Assembly (NCBI RefSeq): GCF_006345805.1
Contig: NC_043001.1
Span: forward strand, 16,058,001 to 16,122,000
DNA from: Octopus sinensis
Taxonomy: Eukaryota
DNA length: 64,000 nt
Direction: 5' to 3'
Shown: positions 11,676 to 23,275 of the stretch, in pieces
How the letters are laid out: every line of letters starts with the position of its first letter
Position numbering within the stretch: the stretch's first letter is position 1
Made by a program: the position numbers and the translations under genes
The notes under the pieces: model-generated
Seen by the model: the letters and a program-made list of their open reading frames with translations, nothing else
Database searches by the model: none
What the model was told of the DNA's origin: nothing

Positions 11676-12827
11676 AGGCGGCGAGCTGGCAGAAACGTTA
11701 GCACGCCGGGCGAAATACCTAGCCATATTTCGTCTGCCTTCACGTTCTGGGTTCAAATTCCCCCTAGGTCGACTACGCCTTTCATCCTTTCGGGGTCGAT
11801 AAATTAAGTACCAGTTACGCACTGGGGTCGATGTAATCGACTTAATCCTTTTGTCTGTCCTCGTTTGTCCCCTCTGTGTTTAGCCCCTTGTGGGTAGTAA
11901 AGAAATAGGTATTTCGTCTGCCATTGCGTTCTGGGTTCAAATTCCGCCAAGGTCGACTACGCCTTTCATCCTTTCGGGGTCGACAAATTAAGTACCAGTT
12001 ACGCACTGGGGTCGATGTAATCGACTTAATCCCTTTGTGTGTCCTCGTTTGTCCCCTCTGTGTTTAGCCCCTTGTGGGTAGTAAAGAAATAGGTATTTCG
12101 TCTGTCGTTACGTTCTGGGTTCAAATTCCGCCGAGGTCGAATTTGCCTTTCATCCTTTCGTGGTCGATAAATTAAGTACCAGTTACGCACTGGGGTCGAT
12201 GTAATCGACTTAATCCTTTTGTCTGTCCTCGTTTGTCCCCTCTGTGTTTAGCCCCTTGTGAGTTGTAAAGAAATAGGTATTTCGTCTGCCATTACGTTCT
12301 GGGTTCAAATTCCGCCGAGGTCGAATTTGCCTTTCATCCTTTCGGGGTCGATAAATTAAGTACCAGTTACGCACTGGGGTCAATGTAATTGACTTAATAC
12401 CTATGTCTGTCCATGTTTGTCCCCTCTGTGTTTAGCCTCTTGTGGGTAGTAAAGAAATAGGTATTTCGTCTGCCATTGCGTTCTGGGTTCAAATTCCGCC
12501 GAAGTCGACTACGCTTTTCATCCTTTCGGGGTAGATTAAATAAGCACCAGTTACACACTGGGGTCGATATAATCGACTTAATCCTTTTGTCTGTCCTCGT
12601 TTGTCCCCTCTGTGTTTAGCCCCTTGTGGGTAGTAAAGAAATAGGTATTTCGTCTGCCATTACGTTCTGGGTTCAAATTCCGCCGAAGTCGACTTCGCCT
12701 TTCATCCTTTCGGGGTCGATTAAATAAGTACCAGTTACGCACTGGGGTCGATGTAATCGACTTAGTCCGTTTGTCTGTCTTTGTTTGTCCCCTCTGTGTT
12801 TAGCCCGTTGTGGGTAGTAAAGAAATA
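11676..12827 (+). mobile_element. SINE family A, hexameric form (one head plus six 184-bp units) with a 19-bp target-site duplication (TSD)
   Basis: Units start at about 11726, 11909, 12093, 12277, 12461 and 12645. TSD TATTCATAATACTTTCAAT at 11657-11675 and 12828-12846. Confidence 0.92.
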
Positions 12828-13188
12828 TATTCATAATACTTTCAATCAAAATAACGATGACATTCTTTGCTGTCCGCTTCGGTTTTGATTTTCAGCTTAA
12901 ACTTTGATTTCTTTTTTCCGAGAATGCTAATATTCTTCTTACCTGTTTCAAAGGTGGGGAAAGCAGAGAGAAAACTGAACTAACTGACCCTTTTGCCATC
13001 CTGGGGGCGATTGAAAGCATGAGAAATTCTACTATGTCATAATCTTTTTAAATGAATCGAAGCTAATAGATAATTTATGTGGTAATTTACTTTTTTACGT
13101 AATCTTTCTTAAATAACTTTAAATATCTAAAATTAAATTTAAAAGCATTGGCATGAACGAATGGATAACTTTACTTTTTAGACACACA

Positions 13189-13238
<50 letters not shown>

Positions 13239-13433
13239 TATTGCCGGTTTCTTCTTTTGGCTCTATGTGTGAAATAGTCAAGAAAACTCTGGAGGTCCCA
13301 TGACTTAATTCAGGTATTACGAAAGGATAAAAAATACTATCGAACCAAGAGTCTAACTACGGTCTGTCCGCATCTCTTACTTAACATTACCTGCCACTCT
13401 TTGGGTCTTCTATATACCAATACCTCTCATATA

Positions 13434-13945
13434 TACAGTGTCCCCAGAGCCACTGTACACTGTCTTCTTTCTATTTCATTTCAGGTATCATTCGGGGAGA
13501 CGTGAGGCCATCAGCATTTGACACCTTAGACTTAGCAGTTTTTGTAGGTGTATCATTCTCTCACCCCTAGCACACCATGCCACCTGCTTCGGAGAGTGTC
13601 ATTCATGTTGGAGAATTTCGGCAGGTTTTGATTTTATCCAAATTTGACAATTGTATCGGTTTACCCAATCAGGGAGATGAAAGATAGATTCATCGCTGAA
13701 TCCTGTTTTCCAAGAACTGAGAATCGTTTTGGTAATGGTAGAAGAGTGATTCACACATTTCCACATGAGCATCATGATCTTCCACTTGAAGCCTTTGAAC
13801 AACATGGAATCGGTACATGTAGAGCTTTATCAATCTCCGAAGCATCCGCTGAATCAAGCTTTTGTTGATGGTAAGTTCCAGGGAAATTCTCTGGATGGAC
13901 TTCCTATGGCTTTTAACGAACGCCTGCTTCAGGAGTTCGGTGTTT
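13434..13945 (-). mobile_element. Tc1/mariner-superfamily transposase remnant
   Basis: FSDESIFHL..WVNRYNCQIW (first catalytic Asp motif). TA-CAGTGTCCCC terminus at 13434. Interrupted by a LINE fragment. Confidence 0.65.
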
Positions 13946-13946
13946 T

Positions 13947-14400
13947 CGTCATCATCATCATTGTTCGACCGTGGAATTTACTATGCTACGCCAGACTTCA
14001 CGGTCCATCATAGCATTACGGAGGTCCTGTTGCTGGATGCCTATATCCCTGGAGATTACATCAGGGTAGGAGAGTGTGCGCCCTCTGGTATCGCGAGTAG
14101 ATGGCTTCCAGAGGAGAAGAGTAGAAATTGCCTCGTTTTCAGCTCTACAACAATGTCCAGCAAACTGGACTCTCCTACCTTTCACAAGAGATGAGACAGG
14201 TGGTAATTTCCCATGTATTTGTACTTTGGTTGGATGACGCTTCCACCAGAGATTTTGAGCTCTCATAAGGAGGCGAGTGTAAGTTCCATCCAACTGCCTC
14301 TCAAACTTCTTTGATAACGTCCAGGTTTCTGAGCCATTTAGTAGAATTGGTTCGACTGTGGCTTTGAAGATTTTAAGTTTGAAATCTCTTAGTGGTGGTA
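13947..14400 (-). mobile_element. RTE/RTEX-like LINE 3' fragment with (GAT)n tail
   Basis: KLKIFKATVEPILL.GSETWTL, RRVQFAGHC, AMMDREVWR; tail at 13947-13961. Confidence 0.8.
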
Positions 14401-14730
14401 GTAGCAAGCCTTCCACTGCGTAGCGTGTCAAGAACAGATCCTCTTTCGAGAATGGACAGCATACATTGCGCTACGCGTTGGAGCAAAGTGATGGCCATAA
14501 ACTTTCTCAAACGTGTGATGAACTGCAGTAGGGGACTGAAAAGCTTCTTCCCAGGCGGCAATTTTGCAACGCTGCACTAACGTCAATTGGCGAGTCATGG
14601 GCAAGGAAATGATACGCTTACAAAAAATGCAAAGTCTAATGTGTCAAAGACTAATGGCCTCAAGTCACTCCGAATGATGCCTGAAACGAATAGAAATAAG
14701 AAATTATATAGTGATATTTGTTACAACCCC

Positions 14731-14799
<69 letters not shown>

Positions 14800-14804
<5 letters not shown>

Positions 14805-15725
14805 TCTGATCTATATGCTGTGAGTCAATGGGCAGGCAAAACAAAATGCAACTGAACGAGGGGGAAATTTTGCTGATGCATTTTGGAAGAAATTCCTCAC
14901 TAAAACAGCCATACTCTCTTCCTTCAGGGGAACCGCTCACAACCTCTAACACTATCAGAGACCTGGTGTAATTGTTGATGACGATCTCAGTTGGAGTGCA
15001 CACATCAACAAGAAGGTCGATATAGCTCGTAGGATGAGTTCCTGGATCTTAAGAACTTTCCGGTCCAGAGAACAAGGTGTCATCATACCACTTTTCTCCT
15101 CCTTGTACGGCCACACCTCGAAAATGCTGCCCACTGTGGTCTCCCCATACAAGACAAAACATCTCGAGGTTGAATCACCCCAGAGGGCACACACTAAACG
15201 AATTGAAGGCATGGCTGCTCTCGATTATTGGGATCGCCTTAAAGCCTTGAAACTCTACTCTCTCCAGCGTCGCCGTGAGCGGTACATCATTTGTACGATG
15301 TGGAGAATATACCACCAACTTTGCCCAAACGACCTGAACATTAGCTTCAAGGTTCATCCAAGACTGGGACCACGGGACATACGTCCCCCTGCCCAATTCA
15401 AGATCACAGCAATACATGATACTGCAAACATAATTCTTTTCCTCACAGGCCTGCCCTATTAACATTGTCCCGAAAGAGATCGAAGAGGGGAGGAAAGGAT
15501 CCCATCAACTTTAAACGGAGTCTGAATAGATTCCTTCAAAGAATACCAGATAAGCCACCCATAATTGGATACAACTCACCCACAAAAAACTCACTACTTG
15601 AATGAACCATAAACAAAACTTGACTTAAACAGGATTCAAATAATCCGATCAGGGTGTGCTACATTAAGTTAGACATGGCCTGGACCAATCTTTGGTCGAA
15701 ACATATCTAAGTTTATCTAAGTTTT
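14800..15725 (+). mobile_element. CR1-clade LINE 3' fragment
   Basis: RDLGVIVDDDLSWSAHI, WILRTF, YWDRLKALKLYSLQRRRERY across frameshifts; tail (ATCTAAGTTT)n. Confidence 0.85.
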
Positions 15726-15749
15726 ACATATATATACGTACATACATTA

Positions 15750-15835
<86 letters not shown>

Positions 15836-15847
15836 TATATATATGTG

Positions 15848-15883
<36 letters not shown>

Positions 15884-15885
<2 letters not shown>

Positions 15886-16768
15886 TAAGCAATAAAGGGT
15901 TTAGCAACGAATTGCCTTACCACATACCGAATTTAGAAATAGCAGTCAAAGGGTTTTAGCTATTTAGCTCTACTAAAAAGGAGATCTCAGTTCAAAAACA
16001 GCAATTTGAAGGCAGACACAAAACAGGTAAGAGAGAATGAATTGACGGCAATCTATCATACATTTTTAAGTTATCCACGGGACGTACGTTTCGAAATCAA
16101 TTTTTAGAAAGCATAAGAATTAAATATTAAATATAATAATTCTATCTTACCGAAACTTTTTTCTCTTCAGCGTAGAATACTATAATCATAAATGATTATA
16201 TATTGAATTTTGAGATACTAGAAGGCAACAACTCAACTCAGTATCAGAGCGAGCTAGAATCCACAACTAGTATCACCCGAATTCAATTTGTGAATGAAAC
16301 GATTGTGTCCCAGGCCCCTCCCACCCGCGTGTAGCCAAAACAAGATGCTGTGGTCATCTACTGAGATAAAATATGGTTATCCGTAATAATGAAGGGTGAA
16401 TTAATTAATTTGGAATAATTATCAATTACCCAAGTAGTCTTCGGCATGTAAAAGCCTCATTCGAGGAAAATTTAAGTAATACTAAGAATAAAGGGTTTAG
16501 CAACGAATTGCCTTACTGGTTTGTGTCTGCCTTCAAATTGCTGTTTTTACTGAGATCTCCTTTTTAGTAGAAGAAGAAATAGCTAAAACCCTTTGACTGC
16601 TATTTCTAAATTCGGTATGTGGTAAGGAATTCGTTGCTAAACCCTTTATTGCTTAGTATTACTTAAATTTTCCTCGAATGAGGCTTTTACATGCCGAAGA
16701 CTACTTGGTGTAATTGATAATTATTCCAAATTAATTAATTTCACCCTTCATTATTACGGATAACTATA
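15884..16768 (-). mobile_element. Non-coding Penelope-pLTR/retrozyme-like element (tandem plus inverted segments) containing a hammerhead
   Basis: The start of 15884-16025 is repeated directly at 16480-16517 and the block is inverted at 16518-16660. 16373-16480 is inverted at 16660-16765. Confidence 0.75.
16074..16178 (-). ncRNA. Type I hammerhead ribozyme motif (near-canonical)
   Basis: Minus strand: tctacg CTGAAGA gaaa...tttc GAAA CGTACG TC / (c)cgtgga. One extra C at the stem I junction. Confidence 0.65.
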
Positions 16769-16936
16769 TATATATATATATATATAGAATATAGAGACAA
16801 ACCACTATTTAGTTTGTCTCTAAATTCTATATATACATATAATATATTGTAAAATTTTGATTTTCGTGCTAAATTGAATTTTTTCCCTGTTGGCTTGGAA
16901 TTATTATATTCTCTAACTATTAATAATATATACATA

Positions 16937-17422
16937 TTTTTTTCTCTAGTTTCAGCTCAGAGCTGCGGCCATGCTGATGCACCGCCGTTTTGTGCGACAC
17001 TGTTATTGCGAAGAACCTCGTCTAATATGTGGCACTTGGTGAAGAATGGAGTTTGATATAGCTACTCTCACTTGCACCTCTTGCCGTGAGGTAGGTTCAT
17101 CTGGGACTCTCGACATGAAGAGGTCCAGCTTTGATTTAAAAACCGCTACATCTACTTTGTGCAAGTTCCTCAGACCCTTTGGGAGAATATTAAAAAGCTG
17201 TGGGCCCTTGAAACCCAGGCTCTTGCAGAAGCTGGTCCTGAAGCGTGATGTCATTGCTGGGATCTTTGGCACTATGCAGTGTCGTCCCGTTCTAGCATTG
17301 GTGTAGCTACAATGCCAAAATTTGGCACAATTTCTTCCAGGATCTTCCAGACATATATTACTGCATACCTCTCCTGTCTTCTCTCCAGGGAGTAGAGTCT
17401 TAGCTGTTTCAACCTTTCCCAG

Positions 17423-17425
<3 letters not shown>
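16937..17425 (-). mobile_element. CR1-clade LINE 3' fragment (second family)
   Basis: YWERLKQLRLYSLERRQERY, KGPQLFNILPKGLRN, FKSKLD.F...VPDEP. 3' end ggcggtgcatcagcatggccgcagctctgagctgaaactag; tail-only copy at 10600-10630. Confidence 0.85.
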
Positions 17426-17454
<29 letters not shown>

Positions 17455-17519
17455 TGTATGTATGTATGTATGTATGTATGTATGTATGTATGTATGTATG
17501 TATGTATGTATACACCTAC

Positions 17520-18130
17520 ATATTAATCCATCTTCTCCGCCCACATTTCCTGGGAGGTGCGAGAGTGTAGGGTCCTCAGGCACCTCCTCCATAGGGACCT
17601 ATAAGAAGCAACTGTTACTAGATTTTCCGCCTGATTTGCCAAGTATGACCAACTGAGACTTCGGATATTATCTAGCAATCTCGTTCTTCGTCTCTTCCTG
17701 GGTCTCCTGCCGATTGGTTTCGATTGAATCCGACTTACCATTCTGTCTTACGACATTCTAATATTACTGGAACTGTAAGGCGACGAGCTGGCAGAAACGT
17801 TAGCACGTTGGGTGAAATGCTTAGCAGTATTTCGTCTGTCTTTACGTTCTGAGTTCAAATTCCGTCGAAGTCGACCTTGCCTTTCATCCTTTCGGGGTCG
17901 ATAAATTAAGTACCAGTTGCACACTGGGATCGATCTAATCGACTGGCCCCCTCCCCCAAAATTTCAGGCCTAGTGCCTAGAGTAGAAAAGAATATTACTG
18001 GAACTGTGACCTCTCAGTTCGTCTTGACCTGAAGAGACTCTCTAATCTCCGAGTTACGCACCCTGCCGAGTAACGTTACTGCAGAGAACCTTCGCAGTAT
18101 AGCCATTTGGGCCACATGTATTCAAGATCG
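17520..18130 (-). mobile_element. Degenerate RTE-like LINE 3' fragment interrupted by a family A SINE (17778-17990)
   Basis: GRRPRKRRRTRLLDNI...LWR motif. SINE TSD AATATTACTGGAACTGT at about 17760 and 17991. Confidence 0.6.
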
Positions 18131-18868
18131 TACTCTTTCAGTCATTGGCCAACATTTGTGACAAGAGATGAGGATAGGCACCAAAACTGAATTGAAGATA
18201 GCGATTTAGGTCACCCACCCAATCTCTTCTCTTCCAAGGACCGAAAAGAAGATGGAGCATTGCTGTGTCAGCGCCTACAACGCCAGCATCCTATTCAGCA
18301 TCCTGCTTTTCATCATTTGTGAATGCGGCCCCGAGATCCTTAAACCTTTCCAGATTTGTCTGGTTTTCTCCCAACATGTTGAGTACACTGGGAAGAGCTT
18401 CTTGAGACGACGTCTCAATCTTCGTAACATTAATTCATATCCCTGCCTTGTGGTACTCGGCAGGGAATCCACCCACTGAATAAAAACTGGAGCCCAACTT
18501 CTCATTTTGGATTGACTATCATCCTCTAGAGAGCCCTTATTACTTTTGAGCGCTTTATTTGCTTCTGTCATTTTAGCCTCCCTGTGGTTAGTCTTCGCCC
18601 TTAAGTGCCCCACGCTTCTATCAGATTTTATTGTGGTTGGATTTAGGAAATAAGCAAAGCATTCTCCCAATAATGCTCTCCTTTGTAAGCCGAATTCTTT
18701 ATAGCAGGTGTGGGAGCGGGCTTCTTGTCACAAAGTCGATGGGGTTGTCTGTCTAGGTGTGGAGGCGGACCTCTTATATAACACGAGGACATAAACACAC
18801 CAGCATCGGTTGTCAAGCGATGTTGGGAGGACAACACTCACACACACATATATATATATAATATATAT

Positions 18869-18903
<35 letters not shown>

Positions 18904-19094
18904 AGTGTGGTGTGTGTGTGTGGTGTGTGTGTGTGAGTGTTTGTCCTCTCACATCGCTTGACAACCGATGCTGGTGTGTTTATGTCCCCGTAACCTAGCG
19001 GTTCGGCAAAAGAGACCAATAGAATAAGTACTAGGCTTACAAAGAAAAAGTCCTTGGGTTGTCACGAAATCGATGGGTGGTCTGCCTGTCTGTT

Positions 19095-19147
<53 letters not shown>

Positions 19148-19745
19148 GCTTTAGCTGCTGTTATGCCTACTGTCACTGCTGCCATAGCTGATTCTATTGT
19201 TACTACTACTACCACCACCACCACCACCACCATCACCATCACTACCACTGTTACTACCACCACTAGCACCAGCACCTCCACAACCACTACCACCACTACA
19301 ACCCCCACCCCCACCCCCACTACCAACACCACTACCACCACTCCTGCTGCTGCTACTACTACTACTATAACTACCACCACCACCACCACCACCACTACTA
19401 CTACTTCTACTACCACCACCACTACCACCACTCCTGCTGCTGCTACTACTACTACTATAACTACCACCACCACCACCATCCCTACTACTTCTACTACCAC
19501 CACCACCACCACCACAACCACCACAACCACCACCACCACTACTACCACTACTACGACTTTACTACCACCACCATCACCACCACCACCACCACCACTACTA
19601 CTACTTCTACCACCACCACCACCACCACCACCACTACTACTACTATTACCACCACCATCACTACTACTTCTACTACCACCACCACCACCACCACCACCAC
19701 CACCACCACCACCGCCGCCGCCGCCGCCGCCACCGCCGTGGTAGA
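19095..19745. repeat. Compound (ACT/ACC/GCC)n trinucleotide microsatellite
   Basis: Directly visible; produces spurious poly-Thr/Pro/Val ORFs. Confidence 0.9.
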
Positions 19746-20365
19746 AGTAGCCTTTATTTTGTTATTATTGACAGCTTCTGTTGTGGTTCATATTGTTACA
19801 CCTACTGCTGCTGCTGCTGCTGCTATTGTTGTTGTTGTTGTTGTTGCTGTTGTTGTTGTTGTTGTTTTGATTGATGACAAATAGCACTTATCATTTTTTA
19901 CCTGATTTTGTTAACAGTACTCAATCAACAGCGGAGATTTAACAGGTAAAAATTGATCGTTTCAATAGCAGCAACAGCAGGAACAACAGCAACATCAACA
20001 ACAACAACAACAAGACCACCACTACCACCACCACGAACACCACCACCACCACCACCAACAACAACAAAAACATGTAGACACACCTAAAACATTGCTCATA
20101 TTTACCGGAACCGTGAGTGCTTGCACATACATACACCCATACATTTATATATGTATATATATGTATATATATGTGCGTATATATACATAGGCAAAAAGCC
20201 TTTTTAAAAGGATGGACAAAGGCAGAGGGAAAGGGTGAGCGTGTGAATGTGTGAGCGTGTGCGTGTGTGTGTGTGTATATGAGGGCATATGCACAGACAC
20301 AAGCACACACACATGCACGCTCACGCATTCGCACGCACACACATAAATACATATATAGAACACAC

Positions 20366-20396
<31 letters not shown>

Positions 20397-20483
20397 GAAA
20401 CCATATGTGAATATATAGAAAACATATCTACATAAACTGATACACACACACACACACACACAGACACGCACACACACACACAC

Positions 20484-20535
<52 letters not shown>

Positions 20536-20695
20536 GAACATACGGGCACCTGGACATACATGTTTTGGTAGAGCAAACGGACGAGAAAGAAGGAGGACTC
20601 ACTACACATATTCAAGTTTATTTATTCGTTCAAAACCGATAAATCATTAAACCATCGGCTTCGAACGAATACATACACACGCACGCAAACACACA

Positions 20696-20750
<55 letters not shown>

Positions 20751-20831
20751 ACATACACACACATATATATATATATAATCATAAAGATACATACTCACAC
20801 TTGCTCGTCGATACCACCACCACTAAATATA

Positions 20832-20902
<71 letters not shown>

Positions 20903-21152
20903 GCATATGCTTCTACACATACGCGTACTACATTCATAAACCCCCTCAAAAAAAGTCCTTAACATGGTGCTGCTGTTTATTTGGCACCAAAATCATGTCA
21001 CCGTTGTACTCTTGTTTTTGCATTTGTTACAAGATGTGCTGCTCTGGACTACCGTGGAATCGAACCAGCTTCACAGTCGAAGGTGAGAGTTAACAATTGT
21101 TGTTTTTCTTCCCCCGCTATATAATTGACCCTGCTATTCTAATTCCTTTCAA

Positions 21153-21384
21153 CGGCGGCGAGCTGGCAGAAACGTTAGCACGCCGGGCGAAATGCGTAGC
21201 CGTATTTCGTCTGTCGTTACGTTCTGAGTTCAAATTCCGCCGTGGTCGACTTTGCCTTTCATCCTTTCGGGGTCGATAAATTAAGTACCAGTTACGCACT
21301 GGGGTCGATGTAATCGACTAAATCCCTTTGTCTGTCCTTGTTTGTCCCCTCTGTGTTTAGCCCCTTGTGGGTAGTAAAGAAATA
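21153..21384 (+). mobile_element. SINE family A monomer with TSD
   Basis: Head ggcggcgagctggcagaaacgttagc, B-box gagttcaaattc, TSD TATTCTAATTCCTTTC. Other copies at 25670-25882(-), 34376-34606(-), 42567-42798, 55122-55910 and 63332-63563. Confidence 0.9.
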
Positions 21385-21606
21385 TATTCTAATTCCTTTC
21401 CGTTGCTCTTCTTCCTCGTCAAGATATTGTAAAGATAAACCGGATTATTTCTCTTGGATTGTTTTGTTTATTATTTGTTTCTTTTGCTTTTCTAAAACTT
21501 TATACTAGTTTATAATATGGACATTATACGATAAAGTGGTTAAATGGCAGAGATGTAATAGCGTTGTTATATATTTATATATTACACAAACACAAAAAAG
21601 AAATTA

Positions 21607-21652
<46 letters not shown>

Positions 21653-21784
21653 TAGATAAACTTAGATATGTTTCGACCAAAGATTGGTCCAGGCCATGTC
21701 TCTAACTTAATGGCACCACCTGATATATATATATATAATATATACACGCGCACATATATATTACATATATATATATATATATAT

Positions 21785-21959
21785 AAGCAAGGAAAAATTG
21801 TAAAAAGGCAGAATGCTAATTGAAAGAACATTTTAATACAAATGGGTGTATGGAAAAATTTTTTTTCAAAAAAAAAAAAAAAAAATTTTTCCATACACCC
21901 ATTTGTATTAAAATGTTCTTTCAATTTAGCATTCTGCCTTTTTACAATTTTCCTTGCTT
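21785..21959. repeat. Near-perfect palindrome with ~80-bp arms and a poly-A centre
   Basis: aagcaaggaaaaattgtaaaaaggcagaatgcta...gtatggaaaaa is mirrored by tttttccatac...tttacaattttccttgctt. Confidence 0.9.
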
Positions 21960-22032
21960 ATCATTTCTCCACGTGCGGTCAACACAACCCCACCATTTAT
22001 TGATCTATCTATCTATCTATATATATATATAA

Positions 22033-22076
<44 letters not shown>

Positions 22077-22260
22077 TATATAATTCCCCTCTCTGTATGT
22101 TGTCGGACATACTACACTCTGAGTCGGGATTCTAGAAGGATCAAGTTTGGAATATCGTGGAGGTCGACAGAGAAATTACTTTCCAAAGAACTAGTGTAGA
22201 TTTTCCATCCTTTCTATCTGTCTGTCTGTCTGTCTGTCTGAATGTATGTATGTATGCTTG

Positions 22261-22307
<47 letters not shown>

Positions 22308-22414
22308 GTCTGTCTGCCTGTCTTTCTTCTGTCTCTGTCTATCTCTGTCTGTCTGACTCTCACCCTCTCCTTCTTTGTCTCTGTTTCTGTCTGTCTCTTA
22401 CTCTCTCCTCCTTC

Positions 22415-22455
<41 letters not shown>

Positions 22456-22469
22456 TATTTAAAAAAAAA

Positions 22470-22715
22470 CACGAAGACTTGTGGCCCTTTGAATAGGATA
22501 CTGCACTCACGATATTTGGATTTGATTCCTGGATCAAGCAGTGCATTACGCTCTCAACAGAACACTCCATATCGCCTTCCCTCACTCCACTCAGCTGCAA
22601 ATGCGTGTAACCCTGCAACACACTAGCGTTTCGCTCAGCAGGAATGGTGTCATCCGATCACTTATACGCCACGAAACCCGGGTAACCGTCCCTATGAATC
22701 CAAGGATTCGAAACA
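22470..22715 (+). mobile_element. Old SINE, family D copy
   Basis: ccactcagctgcaaatgcgtgtaaccctgc...tgaatccaaggattcgaaacag aligns by eye with 4830-5085. Confidence 0.55.
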
Positions 22716-22855
22716 GCTCTTACTTACACCGGAAGTAAAAAAAAAACACCTCGCCCGCCTAAAACTATTGCTAACTGCACAAAGACCTAAATGGGTCACC
22801 GGAGGGTTTAGAGAAATTGATAGGAACGAGGCACAAGTTACCCAAAATGTTAATA

Positions 22856-23020
22856 GGCGTAGAAGTGGCCGTGTGGTAAGTAGCTTGCTTGCCAACCACA
22901 TGGTTCTGGGTTCATTCCCACTGCGTGGCACCTTGGGCAACTATCTTCTACTATAGCCTCGTGCCGACCAAAGCCTTGCGAGTGGATTTGGTAGACGGAA
23001 ACTGAAAGAAGCCCGTCGTA

Positions 23021-23069
<49 letters not shown>

Positions 23070-23275
23070 TGTGTGTGTGTGTGTGTGTTTGTGTGTCAGT
23101 GTTTGTCCTCCCAACATCGCTTGACAACCGATGCTGGTGTGTTTATGTCCCCGTAACTTAGCGGTTCGGCAAAAGAGACCGATAGAATAAGTACTAGGCT
23201 CACAAAGAATAAGCCCTTGGGTTGATTTTCTCGACTCAAGGCGGTGCTCCAGCACGGCCACTGTCAAATGACTGT
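22856..23275 (+). mobile_element. SINE family B (tRNA head, CORE-like box, internal (TA)n(TG)n, CR1-like tail)
   Basis: gtggccgtgtggtaag...ggttcattccca...ccttgggcaa...ggcggtgctccagc. Other copies at 23724-24145, 44540-44952, 57692-58200 and 58847-59237; partials at 50468-50630 and 60326-60485. Confidence 0.9.

Noticed and set aside
18275-18670. 131-aa non-repetitive minus-strand ORF
   Set aside because: No recognisable domain or splice support; it lies next to LINE debris and is likely decayed transposon sequence.
19073-19744. 223-aa Thr/Pro-rich mucin-like ORF
   Set aside because: It is a trinucleotide microsatellite that is open on both strands, begins inside a SINE fragment, and has no signal peptide or splice context.
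22460-22740. Possible Pol III ncRNA (MRP, 7SK or telomerase-like) ending at a T-run
   Set aside because: It lacks diagnostic motifs and aligns by eye with the old SINE copies at 4830 and 52987.
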